Shown here in pieces: positions 1 through 9,325 of a stretch of 64,000 nucleotides of DNA (position 1 is its first letter; each line of letters opens with the position of its first letter). The translations under genes and the position numbers were made by a program. The stretch is from contig CAZNDO010000018.1 in assembly GCA_964571855.1 (NCBI GenBank), positions 3,886 to 67,885 of the forward strand, in the 5' to 3' direction. A model generated the notes under the pieces. That model was not told where the DNA came from and made no database searches. It was given only the letters and a program-made list of their open reading frames with translations. The stretch is from an uncultured Gemmatimonadota bacterium. Its GTDB lineage: Bacteria > ARS69.

Positions 1-1725
1 CCGAAGCTCGTCCCGCTGCAGCCCGGCGCCGTGCGCATCTCCTACCTCGGGCGCGGCACGAGCCGCACCGTGCACCTCCTGGAGTGGACCGATCCCGGCG
101 GCGACGCGTTCGAGGGCGTGCGCTTCGAGTGCATCCTCAAGGTGAACGACGACCTCTCCTGGGAGGACGTGCAGAAGGAGCTGCGGCTTGCCGTGCGCAT
201 CCGCTCCACGTACGCGCGCGCGATCGTGAAGACCCACGGCGGCGGCTACCGGGACTTCGGGCTGTGGACCGAGGAGTACGTGCCCGGGCTCACGCTGGAC
301 CGTCTCGTGGATTCCCTCGCGCGCGAGCGCATGCGCGCGATGCACGGCCCCGCGGGGCGGCTGCCGGAGGTGTGGCCGTTCCTCGTGTCGTCGTGCGTGT
401 CGCTGATGGTGGACTTCTGGCGAAGGTCCGGACGGCGCGAGCGGCTCGCGCACCCGAACCCCGCGAAGGTGGTGCTGCCCGAGCACGACTGGCAGATCGG
501 CGGGCGCCTCGTGTCGGTGGCGGACCGCGTGCCGTGCACCCGACTCACCGACGTCCTGGATTCCGTGCACCGCTTCATCGTGCGCCCCCTGGAGGAGCGG
601 CACGCGGACACGCCGCTGCCGCCGTCGTGGTCGCCGCTGTTCGCGGCCGCGCTGGAGGTGCTCGGCGAGCGCGAGGGAGTGGAGGCGCTGGAGGCGGAGG
701 CGCCGTGGATGCGGCCCGCCGCGGACCTGCCCGGCCCGACGCCGGAGCTGGGGCCGCCCGGCCGGCAGCTCGGCGCCGCTGCGCTGCGCTTCGTGTCGTC
801 CGTGAAGCGGCGCGGCTTCCTCCCCACGCGCATCCGCACCGCGGCGCGCCGCTGGCGCCGCTGGGCGCAGCTGAACCCGCACGCCACGCTCGAGGCGCAG
901 GCCGACACGCTGGAGCAGTTCGAGGACGCGTACGGGCTGGCGGAGCTGGAGTCGGAGCGGCCGGGATCGCGGCTGCAGCTCTTCCGGCACACCGCGTTCC
1001 GCGGGGCCGGTGCGCCCGTGGTGGCCGCGCTCGACGATCTCGTCACGCGCCTGTTGACGGGTGAGACGACGCGCGACGGCGCGCGCGCCGAGGTGGCGCA
1101 GCTCCGCGAGAAGCTCCCGCTGGACGACCGCGGCGAGTTCTTCCTCGCGCGCCTGCTGTACCCGCACGTGGACCCGCGCGGCCGCGCCGTGCTGCTGCGC
1201 GAGGAGGATCCGCGCGGTGGGCCGGTGGCCGGCGTGGAGGTGGAGCACCGCGACCCGGACGGCGAGATCTTCCGCATCCGCCGCCCCGCGAACCCGAACG
1301 AGACGAACGCGCTCATCCGCATCTTCCGCGCGTCGAACTTCCGGCGCGTGCCCACGTCGCCGGAGCACGATCTCCTCGTGGTGACCGAGGAGAGCGGCCG
1401 CGTCATCGGCGGGCTCATCTACCGCCGGCCCAGCGTCACCTACGCCGTGCTGGAGTGGATCGTGGTGTCGCGCCACCGGCGCGGCCGCCACATCGGCACC
1501 GTGCTGATGGTGGACTTCCTGGAGCGGCTCAAGGTGCAGGGCGTGAAGGCGGTCTCCACGGGCTTCTTCCGGCCCGGCTTCTTCGCGCGCTTCGGCTTCG
1601 GGCTGGATCCACGCTACGCCGGAATCGTGAGGATCCTCTCCGAAACCGCGTCCGGCGAGTTCGCGGCCCCCTCAGTCGCGGCAGCGATGGGACCGATACC
1701 GGACGAGGAGGGCCGAACCGCCTGA
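1..1725 (+). CDS. Protein with a C-terminal GNAT-family N-acetyltransferase domain and an uncharacterised, possibly kinase-like N-terminal region. The 5' end is probably truncated by the window edge (frame is open to nt 1).
   Basis: The C-terminal ~150 aa (VTEESGRVIGGLIYRR...HRRGRHIGTVLMVDFLERLKVQGVKAV) have the GNAT acetyl-CoA binding signature. There is no in-frame stop back to position 1. The stop codon overlaps the next start (ATGA at 1723-1727). Confidence 0.6.
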   Translation, partial: PKLVPLQPGAVRISYLGRGTSRTVHLLEWTDPGGDAFEGVRFECILKVNDDLSWEDVQKELRLAVRIRSTYARAIVKTHGGGYRDFGLWTEEYVPGLTLDRLVDSLARERMRAMHGPAGRLPEVWPFLVSSCVSLMVDFWRRSGRRERLAHPNPAKVVLPEHDWQIGGRLVSVADRVPCTRLTDVLDSVHRFIVRPLEERHADTPLPPSWSPLFAAALEVLGEREGVEALEAEAPWMRPAADLPGPTPELGPPGRQLGAAALRFVSSVKRRGFLPTRIRTAARRWRRWAQLNPHATLEAQADTLEQFEDAYGLAELESERPGSRLQLFRHTAFRGAGAPVVAALDDLVTRLLTGETTRDGARAEVAQLREKLPLDDRGEFFLARLLYPHVDPRGRAVLLREEDPRGGPVAGVEVEHRDPDGEIFRIRRPANPNETNALIRIFRASNFRRVPTSPEHDLLVVTEESGRVIGGLIYRRPSVTYAVLEWIVVSRHRRGRHIGTVLMVDFLERLKVQGVKAVSTGFFRPGFFARFGFGLDPRYAGIVRILSETASGEFAAPSVAAAMGPIPDEEGRTA

Positions 1726-3419
1726 TGGATCCGAGACCCTGGCACGCCCGCTACGACGAGGGCGTGCCCGCCTCCATCCCCGACGACGTGCCCTCCGTCC
1801 CGGAGCTGCTCCGGGAAGGGGCGCGGCGCTTCCCGGACCGCGCGGCCGTCCGCTTCATGAACTGCCGGATGACGTGGCGCGAACTGGACGAGGCGGTGGA
1901 CCGCTTCGCCGGCGGGCTCGCCGCGCTCGGCGTCGCGCCCGGCGACCGCGTGGCGATCCAGCTCCCGAACCTGCCGCAGACGGTGATCGCGTTCCTGGGG
2001 ACGCTGCGCGCGGGCGGCGTGGCCGTGATGACGAACCCGCTGGCGATGCCGCCGGAGATCGAGCGGCAGTGGACGGACGCGGGCTGTCGCGCGGCGGTCG
2101 TGGCGGACTTCCTGTGGCCGAAGCTGGACCCCATGCGCTCCCGGCTGCCCGTGCGCGACTGGATCGTGGCCGGAATCGCGGAGTACCTGCGCTTCCCGCT
2201 GAAGCAGCTCGCGCCGATGAAGCTGAAGCGCGCGGAGCCGCCGCTCACCGCGGACGTGCCGCGCGAGCCGCACGTGCACGCGTTCCGCCGCCTCGTGGCG
2301 GGCGCCGCGCGCACGACGGCCCCGATGCCCGCGCTCGAGGACCTCGCCGCGCTGCAGTACACGGGCGGCACCACCGGCGCCTCGAAGGGCGCCATGCTCA
2401 CGCACGCGAACCTCGCGCGGCAGGCGCGCCAGCTCATGGCGTGGATGCCGGAGCTCGTGCCCGGCGAGGAGGTGTTCCTGGCCGCGCTGCCGTACTTCCA
2501 CGTGTTCGGCCTCACGGTGGCCATGGTGCTCCCGGTAGCGCTCTCCGCCACGATGATCGTGGAGGCGAACCCCCGCGAGACGGCGCGGCTCATCGACGCC
2601 GTGAACCGGCACCGCGTGACGATCTTCCCGGTGGTCCCGGCGCTGGTGAACGCCATGTCCGCGCACGAGCGCGCGACGACGCTGGAGGTGGGCTCGCTCA
2701 AGCTGTGCGTGTCCGGCTCGGCGCCGCTCCCGGAGGAGACGCTGCGCCGCTTCGAGGAGATCACCGGCGGGCGCATCGTGGAGGGCTTCGGGCTGACCGA
2801 GGCGTCGCCCGTGACGCACGTGAACCCCACGCGCGGCCCGCGCAAGGTCAACCACATCGGCATGCCGCTGCCGTCCACGGACTGCCGGCTCGTGTCCGTG
2901 GACGACGGAGTCACGGAGGTGCCCGCGGGCGCGGAGGGCGAGCTGCTGCTGCGCGGCCCGCAGGTGATGCGCGGCTACTGGAACCGCCCGGAGGAGTCCG
3001 CGGAGGCGCTGCGCGACGGCTGGCTGCACACGGGCGACCTGGCGACCATGGACGCGGACGGGTACTTCCGCATCTGCGGCCGCAAGAAGGACATGATCGT
3101 GGTGGGCGGCTTCAAGGTGTACCCGGACGAGGTGGACCGCGTGCTCGCCGAGCACCCCGACGTGGTGGAGGCCGCCACGATCGGCGTGCCCGACGACCAG
3201 CGCGGCGAGATCGTGAAGTCCTTCGTGGTCTTGCGCGAGGGGACGAACGCGGAGGCGGAGGCGCTGCGTACCTTCTGCCGCGAACGCCTCGCCGCCTACA
3301 AGGTCCCGCGCGAGGTGGAGGTGCGCGACGCCCTCCCCAAGAGCACGATCCTCAAGATCCTCCGGCGCCAGCTCGTGGAGGAGGAGCTGCGCAAGCGCGG
3401 TCGGACGGCGACCGCGTAG
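1725..3419 (+). CDS. fadD: Long-chain fatty acid-CoA ligase (AMP-dependent synthetase/ligase)
   Basis: AMP-binding motifs are present (YTGGTTGASKGAMLTH, GYWNRPEE, TGDLATMDADGYFRICGRKKDMI, GGFKVYPDEVD) at a typical ~560 aa length. The start is chosen at the ATG overlapping the upstream stop. Confidence 0.9.
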   Translation: MDPRPWHARYDEGVPASIPDDVPSVPELLREGARRFPDRAAVRFMNCRMTWRELDEAVDRFAGGLAALGVAPGDRVAIQLPNLPQTVIAFLGTLRAGGVAVMTNPLAMPPEIERQWTDAGCRAAVVADFLWPKLDPMRSRLPVRDWIVAGIAEYLRFPLKQLAPMKLKRAEPPLTADVPREPHVHAFRRLVAGAARTTAPMPALEDLAALQYTGGTTGASKGAMLTHANLARQARQLMAWMPELVPGEEVFLAALPYFHVFGLTVAMVLPVALSATMIVEANPRETARLIDAVNRHRVTIFPVVPALVNAMSAHERATTLEVGSLKLCVSGSAPLPEETLRRFEEITGGRIVEGFGLTEASPVTHVNPTRGPRKVNHIGMPLPSTDCRLVSVDDGVTEVPAGAEGELLLRGPQVMRGYWNRPEESAEALRDGWLHTGDLATMDADGYFRICGRKKDMIVVGGFKVYPDEVDRVLAEHPDVVEAATIGVPDDQRGEIVKSFVVLREGTNAEAEALRTFCRERLAAYKVPREVEVRDALPKSTILKILRRQLVEEELRKRGRTATA

Positions 3420-3431
3420 CGGCGCGCCTGA

Positions 3432-4898
3432 TCACGCCACCTCGGTCTCCGGGTGCATCGGCGCCGGGACGGCCGCTTCCTGCACCAAGAGCGAGCGGCG
3501 CCACGCGTCGCTGCGGAAGCGGAAGACCAGCGGCACGGACAGGGCCGCCACCCACACCACGCAGGCCAGCCACCCGCCCTCCACGCCCATGCCCAGCCGC
3601 ACCACGAGCAGCCAGGCGAGCGGCACGAAGACGAGCCACGCGGCGGCCGTGGCCACCCACATCACGTAGCGCGTGTCCCCCGCACCACGCAAGGCGCTGC
3701 CGAGCACGACCTGGATGGCGTCCCCGAGCTGGAACAGGGCGGCCCACCGCATCACGCTCGCGCCGAGGCCGCGGACGCCGGCATCGCCGGTGAAGAGCCC
3801 GAACAGCTCCCCGCCGAAAACGAAGAACACGGCGCCCAGCGCGCCCATGTACACGCCGGCGATCCGCAGGCTGGTCCAGCCGGCGCGCGCGGCGGATGCC
3901 GGATCCTTCGCACCCAGGTACTGCCCCACGAGCGTCTGCGCGGCGGTGCCCACGGCGAATCCCGGCATGAACGACGTGCGGATCAGCGTGATCGCGATCA
4001 CGTTCGTGGCCGCCTGCGCGGAGTCCAGCCGCGCGATGCCGAGCGTGAACAGCGTCCACGCGGTGATGTCGAACATCCAGTGCAGCCCCGCGGGGGCGCC
4101 CACGCGGAAGAGGTCGCGCGCGTCCGCCAACGAGCTGCGCCGGAAGTGCAGCGGCGCGGGGAGGCCGCGGATCCGGCGCATCTCGGACGCCAGGCCCAGC
4201 AGGATCCACTGCGCCGCGGTGGCGATCACCGTGGCCCACGCCAGCCCGGCGACGCCGAGCGGCGGGATGCCGAGCGGGGCGAAGCCGAGGACGAACGCCG
4301 CATCCAGGATCACGTTCAGGGCGTTCGCCACCAGGGCCACGACCATGGGCGTGATCGTGTCGCCGATGCCGCGGAAGTAGCACTCCTGCACGCGGCTCAG
4401 GAAGACCGGGCCCGTGCCGAGGATGCGGATCGTCCAGTAGGTCGTGGCCGCGGGCACCATGTCGGCGGCGATCCCGAGCGTCTCGAACATCGGGCCGCCC
4501 ACGAGCGCGAGGGGTGCGAGCAGGAGCGAGCACGCGACCGCCGCGTGCAGCCCCGCCGTCCCGTAGCGGGCCGCACGGTCCGGCTGGTTCGCGCCGGTGT
4601 GCTGCGCCACGAACGTTTGCACGATCTCCAGCGTGCCCATGAAGAAGGCGTAGAACGCCCACAGGAGCGTCCCGCAGAACCCCACGGCGCCCTGCTCGGT
4701 GGTCCCCAGTCGCCCCGCGAAGTACGTGTCCGCCGCCAGCATCAGCGACAGGGACACGGTGCTGACCACGACCGGCCAGGCCAGCACGAGCACCTCGCGC
4801 GTCCGTCCGCGGAGGACGGGCGGCGGGAGCGTGGTCTCGGGAAGCAGCGGGGCGCTCACGGGGAACCTCCGTGCACCGGTTTTCCTTGCGGTGCGCAA
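3432..4898 (-). CDS. MATE-family multidrug efflux transporter
   Basis: About 12 predicted TM helices with a MATE/NorM-like duplicated architecture, a ~480 aa hydrophobic protein. It is divergent from the cytochrome operon. Confidence 0.8.
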   Translation of the reverse strand: MRTARKTGARRFPVSAPLLPETTLPPPVLRGRTREVLVLAWPVVVSTVSLSLMLAADTYFAGRLGTTEQGAVGFCGTLLWAFYAFFMGTLEIVQTFVAQHTGANQPDRAARYGTAGLHAAVACSLLLAPLALVGGPMFETLGIAADMVPAATTYWTIRILGTGPVFLSRVQECYFRGIGDTITPMVVALVANALNVILDAAFVLGFAPLGIPPLGVAGLAWATVIATAAQWILLGLASEMRRIRGLPAPLHFRRSSLADARDLFRVGAPAGLHWMFDITAWTLFTLGIARLDSAQAATNVIAITLIRTSFMPGFAVGTAAQTLVGQYLGAKDPASAARAGWTSLRIAGVYMGALGAVFFVFGGELFGLFTGDAGVRGLGASVMRWAALFQLGDAIQVVLGSALRGAGDTRYVMWVATAAAWLVFVPLAWLLVVRLGMGVEGGWLACVVWVAALSVPLVFRFRSDAWRRSLLVQEAAVPAPMHPETEVA

Positions 4899-5122
4899 AA
4901 CGGCACAGCATACATTACCCCGTGGGCGGTGAGCACCTCGGTCGGCCCCCTCGACCCCGTCCGCGCCCCCGGAGCCCCGGCACCACGCCGGGAGTCCACC
5001 CTCCTCCCGCCGGCACGGGACGGGCAGGGCGGAGCCGCCGGGAGCGCCCGGAGGTCGATCGGCGCCGGATCATCCGCGAGGGGACGAAAACCCCCTCCAG
5101 AAGCCAGCCCGAATCACCGATT

Positions 5123-5146
5123 GGAGACTGAAAAGTCTCCTTTCAT
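5123..5146 (+). promoter_or_regulatory. AT-rich perfect hairpin (GGAGACT-gaaa-AGTCTCC followed by TTTCAT) in the 5' leader about 60 nt upstream of the cytochrome lipoprotein gene. It is a candidate attenuator or operator.
   Basis: The 7-bp perfect inverted repeat was read directly. It lies in an AT-rich island that is conspicuous in a 72% GC background, and there is no upstream plus-strand gene for it to terminate. Confidence 0.4.
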
Positions 5147-5203
5147 CCGCGCCCGGGTGGGGGCGCGGGAGACCGGGAACCGGGAGGTTCCGGAGGTGCG
5201 CCG

Positions 5204-6667
5204 ATGAGAGTCCACGCCGGATGGATGCTCGTGCCCGCCGTCGCCTTGCTCGCGGCGGGTTGCTCGGATGACGAGAAGATCGTCTACCGCGATCGCGACC
5301 TGTTCAACCCGCCGCCTGACGCCGCGTCCGGCTTCCTGGGCTACTACGACTCCGCCACGAAGACCACGACCTGCGGGAACTGCCACGCGGGCGAGCAGGC
5401 GGACTGGGAGGCCACGAAGCACGCCGACGCGTACGACACGCTCGTGCAGTCCGGCCACGCGCAGGACTTCTGCTTCGAGTGCCACACGGTGAGCGACGCC
5501 GGCAACGACGTGGACACGCCGGCCGGCTGGAACGTGGTGCAGGACGGCGCGTACCACGACGTGCAGTGCGAGAGCTGTCACGGGCCGGGCAACGAGCACG
5601 TGCAGGATCCGGGCGCGTCCCAGCCCATCGCCAGCCTGGCGGTGGCGGACGACCTCTCCACCGGCTGCGCGGAGTGCCACTCCGGCACGCACCATCCCTT
5701 CGCCGAGGAGTGGCTGCAGTCCGGGCACTCCATGGTGATCGAGAGCGCGGCGGGGAATGCCTCGTGCCAGGGCTGCCACCGCGGCCAGGGCGTGCTGGCA
5801 GCGTGGGGCGTGGACGCCACGTACCTCGAGGAGGACAGCTCCGAGCACCTCCCGGTGACCTGCGGCGTCTGCCACGATCCGCACGACAAGACCTACGAGC
5901 ACCAGCTCCGCTTCCCCGTGAACACGCGGGATCCGGAGCTGCATCTGTGCGCCCGCTGCCACGACCGTCGCAGCGTGCCGAGCGCCACGTCCTCGCACGG
6001 GCTCGAGCCGCACTCCCCGGAGACGGCGCTGCTCTTGGGCGAAGCGGGCTGGTTCCCGCCGGGCGCGGACATCAACCCGGGCCAGATCGTGGCGTCGCAC
6101 GGCTCGGACGGGAACCCGAAGCTCTGCGCCACTTGCCATGTGGCGCGCTTCACGGTGGCCGACGCCGTCACGGGTGCGTTCACGTTCCAGGCCACCGGGC
6201 ACCTGTTCACGGCCATCCCGTGCGTGGACGGCTCGGGCATCCCGACCACGGGAGACTGCGACTACAACACCACGGACCGTTCGTTCGCGGCCTGCGCCAC
6301 CGCCGGCTGCCACACGAGCGAAACGTCGGCGGCGGCGGCGCTCACGGGGGCCACGTTCGGCATCCAGGCGTGGTCGGACGATCTGCTCGCGCTGCTCACG
6401 ACCGTGGATCCGAACCTGGACGCGGCGGGCGGAGAGATCGATCCCACGCTCACCACGTTCACCGTGGCCGAGGGAGCGTTCTTCAATTACAACCTCGCGA
6501 ACCACGGCGGCGGCATCCACGCGGCCACCGTGCACAACCCGTTCCTCATCGAGGCGCTGCTCGTCGCGAGCATCGCCGAGGTCGAGGACACGTACGGGCT
6601 GTCCGCCGGGCGCGGCGTGGACTACCGCGCGGAGCTGGACCGCATCCTGGGCCGCTCGGGACGGTAG
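5204..6667 (+). CDS. Multihaem c-type cytochrome lipoprotein (at least 8 CxxCH plus one Cx4CH)
   Basis: A signal peptide with lipobox (LLAAGC) is present. Haem motifs are CGNCH, CFECH, CESCH, CAECH, CQGCH, CGVCH, CARCH, CATCH and CATAGCH. An RBS-like GGAGG lies upstream. Confidence 0.85.
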   Translation: MRVHAGWMLVPAVALLAAGCSDDEKIVYRDRDLFNPPPDAASGFLGYYDSATKTTTCGNCHAGEQADWEATKHADAYDTLVQSGHAQDFCFECHTVSDAGNDVDTPAGWNVVQDGAYHDVQCESCHGPGNEHVQDPGASQPIASLAVADDLSTGCAECHSGTHHPFAEEWLQSGHSMVIESAAGNASCQGCHRGQGVLAAWGVDATYLEEDSSEHLPVTCGVCHDPHDKTYEHQLRFPVNTRDPELHLCARCHDRRSVPSATSSHGLEPHSPETALLLGEAGWFPPGADINPGQIVASHGSDGNPKLCATCHVARFTVADAVTGAFTFQATGHLFTAIPCVDGSGIPTTGDCDYNTTDRSFAACATAGCHTSETSAAAALTGATFGIQAWSDDLLALLTTVDPNLDAAGGEIDPTLTTFTVAEGAFFNYNLANHGGGIHAATVHNPFLIEALLVASIAEVEDTYGLSAGRGVDYRAELDRILGRSGR

Positions 6668-6670
6668 GCC

Positions 6671-8194
6671 GTGTTCCTCCCCGTCGCGACGATCCGGCTC
6701 GTCGCGGCCGCACTGCTGTTGACCGCCGTCGGGGCGGGACCCGCGCACGCGGGTCCCGCCTGGCGGCTCCGCGTGGACGCCGCCGCGCGCACCTTCGCGT
6801 TCCGCGGCGTGGAGCTGGACAGCATCCGCACCACCCAGGCCGTCCGCGGCCCCTTCGGCGGGCTGCAGACGCCGGACGGCTACGCCGTCACGTGCCCGCC
6901 CGGATCCGCGTGGTGCTACTTCTTCCGCGCGGGGGACGAGGAGCGCACGAGCCCCGTCACCGGGACCATGGACCTGCGTGCGTGGGATCTCGGGCCGCGC
7001 GGCCTGTCCGTGCGCGTGCGCGCGCGCGGCGCGGGAGCATTCGACCGCCCGTCCGCGTGGGCGGACACGCGCCCCGCGGTGCGCTTCCAGGAGGCGTACG
7101 CGGACTGGACGCGCCGCGGCGTCGGTGTGCGCGCGGGACGGCTGCGGCAGATCACGCGGCTCGGATCGTCCGGCTGGGACGGCGGCCGCGCCGAGGCGCG
7201 CGCGCTGGACGGCCTCGTGCGCGCGAGCGCATGGGGTGGCTGGGGCTTGGCCGGGCCCACGGACCTTCCGGCCACGAACGGGTCGCTGGATCCCTTGGAG
7301 GAGTTCACGCCGCGGCAGCGGCCGGTGCTGTTCGGCGCGGAGCTGGGCGCCGGACGGCGCGCGATGGACGCCCGCATGCTGTACGAGCGGCTCGTGGACA
7401 CGCGCGCGGACGACTTCGTGTCCGAGCGCATCGGCGCCGAGCTCGCCGTGCGTCCCGGCGGCGGCGTCACGCTCGCCACCGGCTCGGACTGGGATCTCGC
7501 CGCGGGCGCGTGGGGCAACGCCGAGGCGTCGCTGCGCTGGCAGCCGCCGCGCGGCATGGAGAACGTGACCACGGGCGTGCGCCGCTACCGTCCGCGGTTC
7601 GACCTCTGGTACGTCTGGACCGCATTCAGCCCCGTGGGCTACACGGCGTACTTCATGGAAGGCGCCGCGCGTCCCGACCCGCGCCTTCGCGTGTCGGTGC
7701 GCGGCGAGACGTGGGACTTCGAGGGAACGGACGCGGACTCGCCGCTGTTCCGCGGCGAGAGCGACGGCTGGCGCTGGAGCGCCGAGGCCGCATGGGATGC
7801 GGACCGGCACTGGCGCCTGCGCGCGCGCGCCCACGAGGAGTTCGGCCCCGGCGCCGCCGCCACGAGCTTCGACGGGGAAGCCGGCTGGGAGCACGGCGCG
7901 TGGGACGTGGCGGTTTCCGCCGGCTGGCTGGAGCGGCCGCTGGAGCTGCGGTACAACGATGTCACGCTCACGTCGTACGGCGTGCGCGGGAGCTGGGCGG
8001 CGCGGCCCGAAGTGTCGGTGCACGCCGAGGTGCGCGCGTTCGACGAGGAGCGGGACCGCCCGGACGCCGCGGCCGTGGACGGCACGCACGTGCGCGCGTC
8101 CGTCGGCATGTCGTTCCTGCTGGGCTCGTCCTCGCCGCGCGGCACGCTGCCCGACGCGGTGCGCGCGATCCCGCCGCGGAGGGTCACGCCGTGA
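6671..8194 (+). CDS. Secreted putative outer-membrane beta-barrel protein, a possible porin partner of the flanking cytochromes
   Basis: It has an N-terminal signal peptide (AALLLTAVGAGPAHAG) and alternating hydrophobic/polar stretches rich in W, Y, R and D. The start lies 4 nt after the upstream stop and its own stop overlaps the next start (GTGA). Confidence 0.55.
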   Translation: MFLPVATIRLVAAALLLTAVGAGPAHAGPAWRLRVDAAARTFAFRGVELDSIRTTQAVRGPFGGLQTPDGYAVTCPPGSAWCYFFRAGDEERTSPVTGTMDLRAWDLGPRGLSVRVRARGAGAFDRPSAWADTRPAVRFQEAYADWTRRGVGVRAGRLRQITRLGSSGWDGGRAEARALDGLVRASAWGGWGLAGPTDLPATNGSLDPLEEFTPRQRPVLFGAELGAGRRAMDARMLYERLVDTRADDFVSERIGAELAVRPGGGVTLATGSDWDLAAGAWGNAEASLRWQPPRGMENVTTGVRRYRPRFDLWYVWTAFSPVGYTAYFMEGAARPDPRLRVSVRGETWDFEGTDADSPLFRGESDGWRWSAEAAWDADRHWRLRARAHEEFGPGAAATSFDGEAGWEHGAWDVAVSAGWLERPLELRYNDVTLTSYGVRGSWAARPEVSVHAEVRAFDEERDRPDAAAVDGTHVRASVGMSFLLGSSSPRGTLPDAVRAIPPRRVTP

Positions 8195-9249
8195 GGCGAA
8201 GCGTCGTCGTGCTCGCGCTGCTCGCGTTCGCCGCCGCCGGGAACGCGCGGGCCCAGGAGATCGCGGCGCCGGCCGCGCCCATCGCGGGCAGCCACCTGAC
8301 GTTCGACCACGCGCTGCACGAGGACATCGCGTGCGAGGACTGCCACGGCGACGCGCCGGCCGCCGGAGTCCCGGTGCAGCGACCCGATCCCGCGGTGTGC
8401 ATGGACTGCCATGGCGACGGGAACGACCATCTCGAGCAGGCCGCGTCCGAGTGCGCCACGTGCCATCGCCCGTTGGCCCAGGCCACGCGGCTCACCGCCG
8501 CGGAGGTCGCCGCGTTGCCGGCGCCGCGGTCCCACGCCGATCCGTCGTTCCTGGAGGGCGGCCACGGGCGCGCGGCATGCCCGGCCGACGGCTCCGGGAC
8601 GCCGGCCAGCTGCGGCGTGTGCCACACGCAGCAGAGTTGCGAGGTCTGCCACGTGGCCACGCCCGAGGTGGCCTCGGGACTGCTCCGGGCCGGCGCGGCG
8701 CACCTCGCCGGGCCGCCGTTCGCGCGCAAGCGGCCGGCCTCGCACGAGGACGGGTGGGCGCGCGCGCACGGGCACGAGGCCTCGGCGGATCCGCGCTCCT
8801 GCGCCGGCTGCCACGCGCAGGAGGACTGCCTGCACTGCCACCTCCCGGACGCGGCCGCCGCGCCGGGGAACGCGGTGCACCCGCCCGATTTCCTCGCGCG
8901 GCATCCGGCCGCCGCCTGGTCGCGGGAGACCTCCTGTGCGGACTGCCACGATCCGCGCGGCTTCTGCGCGTCCTGCCACGAGGAGGCGGGGCTCACCGCC
9001 CAGCGTCCCAGCCTGGGCTCCGGCTTCCACGACGGCGCGAACTTCCTGCTGGGCCACGGCGATGCGGCCCGCCGCGGCCTGGACACGTGCGTGACCTGCC
9101 ACGACGAGAACGACTGCCTCAAGTGCCACTCCGACCGCACCGGCCGCGGCTTCAGCCCGCACGGCCCGGACTTCGACGCGGAGCGGCTCTCCCGCACGGC
9201 TGCACAGATGTGCACGGTGTGCCACGGCGGGGTCATCCCGAAGCGCTGA
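8191..9249 (+). CDS. Dodecahaem c-type cytochrome (12 CxxCH in ~350 aa), periplasmic
   Basis: The GTG start overlaps the upstream stop. The signal peptide is MRRSVVVLALLAFAAAGNARAQE. There are twelve CxxCH motifs (CEDCH, CMDCH, CATCH, CGVCH, CEVCH, CAGCH, CLHCH, CADCH, CASCH, CVTCH, CLKCH, CTVCH). Confidence 0.8.
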   Translation: MRRSVVVLALLAFAAAGNARAQEIAAPAAPIAGSHLTFDHALHEDIACEDCHGDAPAAGVPVQRPDPAVCMDCHGDGNDHLEQAASECATCHRPLAQATRLTAAEVAALPAPRSHADPSFLEGGHGRAACPADGSGTPASCGVCHTQQSCEVCHVATPEVASGLLRAGAAHLAGPPFARKRPASHEDGWARAHGHEASADPRSCAGCHAQEDCLHCHLPDAAAAPGNAVHPPDFLARHPAAAWSRETSCADCHDPRGFCASCHEEAGLTAQRPSLGSGFHDGANFLLGHGDAARRGLDTCVTCHDENDCLKCHSDRTGRGFSPHGPDFDAERLSRTAAQMCTVCHGGVIPKR

Positions 9250-9267
9250 TCGCATCCGCCGGACGCA

Positions 9268-9298
9268 AGGAGCGCCCCGGCCCGCGAGGGACCGGGGC
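9268..9298. terminator. GC-rich hairpin (GCGCCCCGG-N11-CCGGGGCGC) between convergent genes; a possible bidirectional terminator
   Basis: A perfect 9-bp inverted repeat was read from the sequence. There is no clear U-tract. Confidence 0.3.
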
Positions 9299-9325
9299 GC
9301 TCGTGGGTCCGGGCCGCGGCGCGTC

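Noticed and set aside
5114-8089. 991-aa minus-strand ORF antisense to the cytochrome/OM-protein genes. Many similar long Arg/Ala/Gly-rich ORFs occur elsewhere (for example 84-1064, 1614-3155, 3352-4911, 5479-9249, 9395-11938, 11719-13692, 19620-20666 as part of a 1422-aa ORF, 27613-30723 upstream part, 35289-39067 plus-strand ORFs).
   Set aside because: These are high-GC shadow ORFs. They have low-complexity R/A/G/P-rich translations, no motifs and no signal or TM logic. Each lies antisense or out of frame to a confidently recognised gene.
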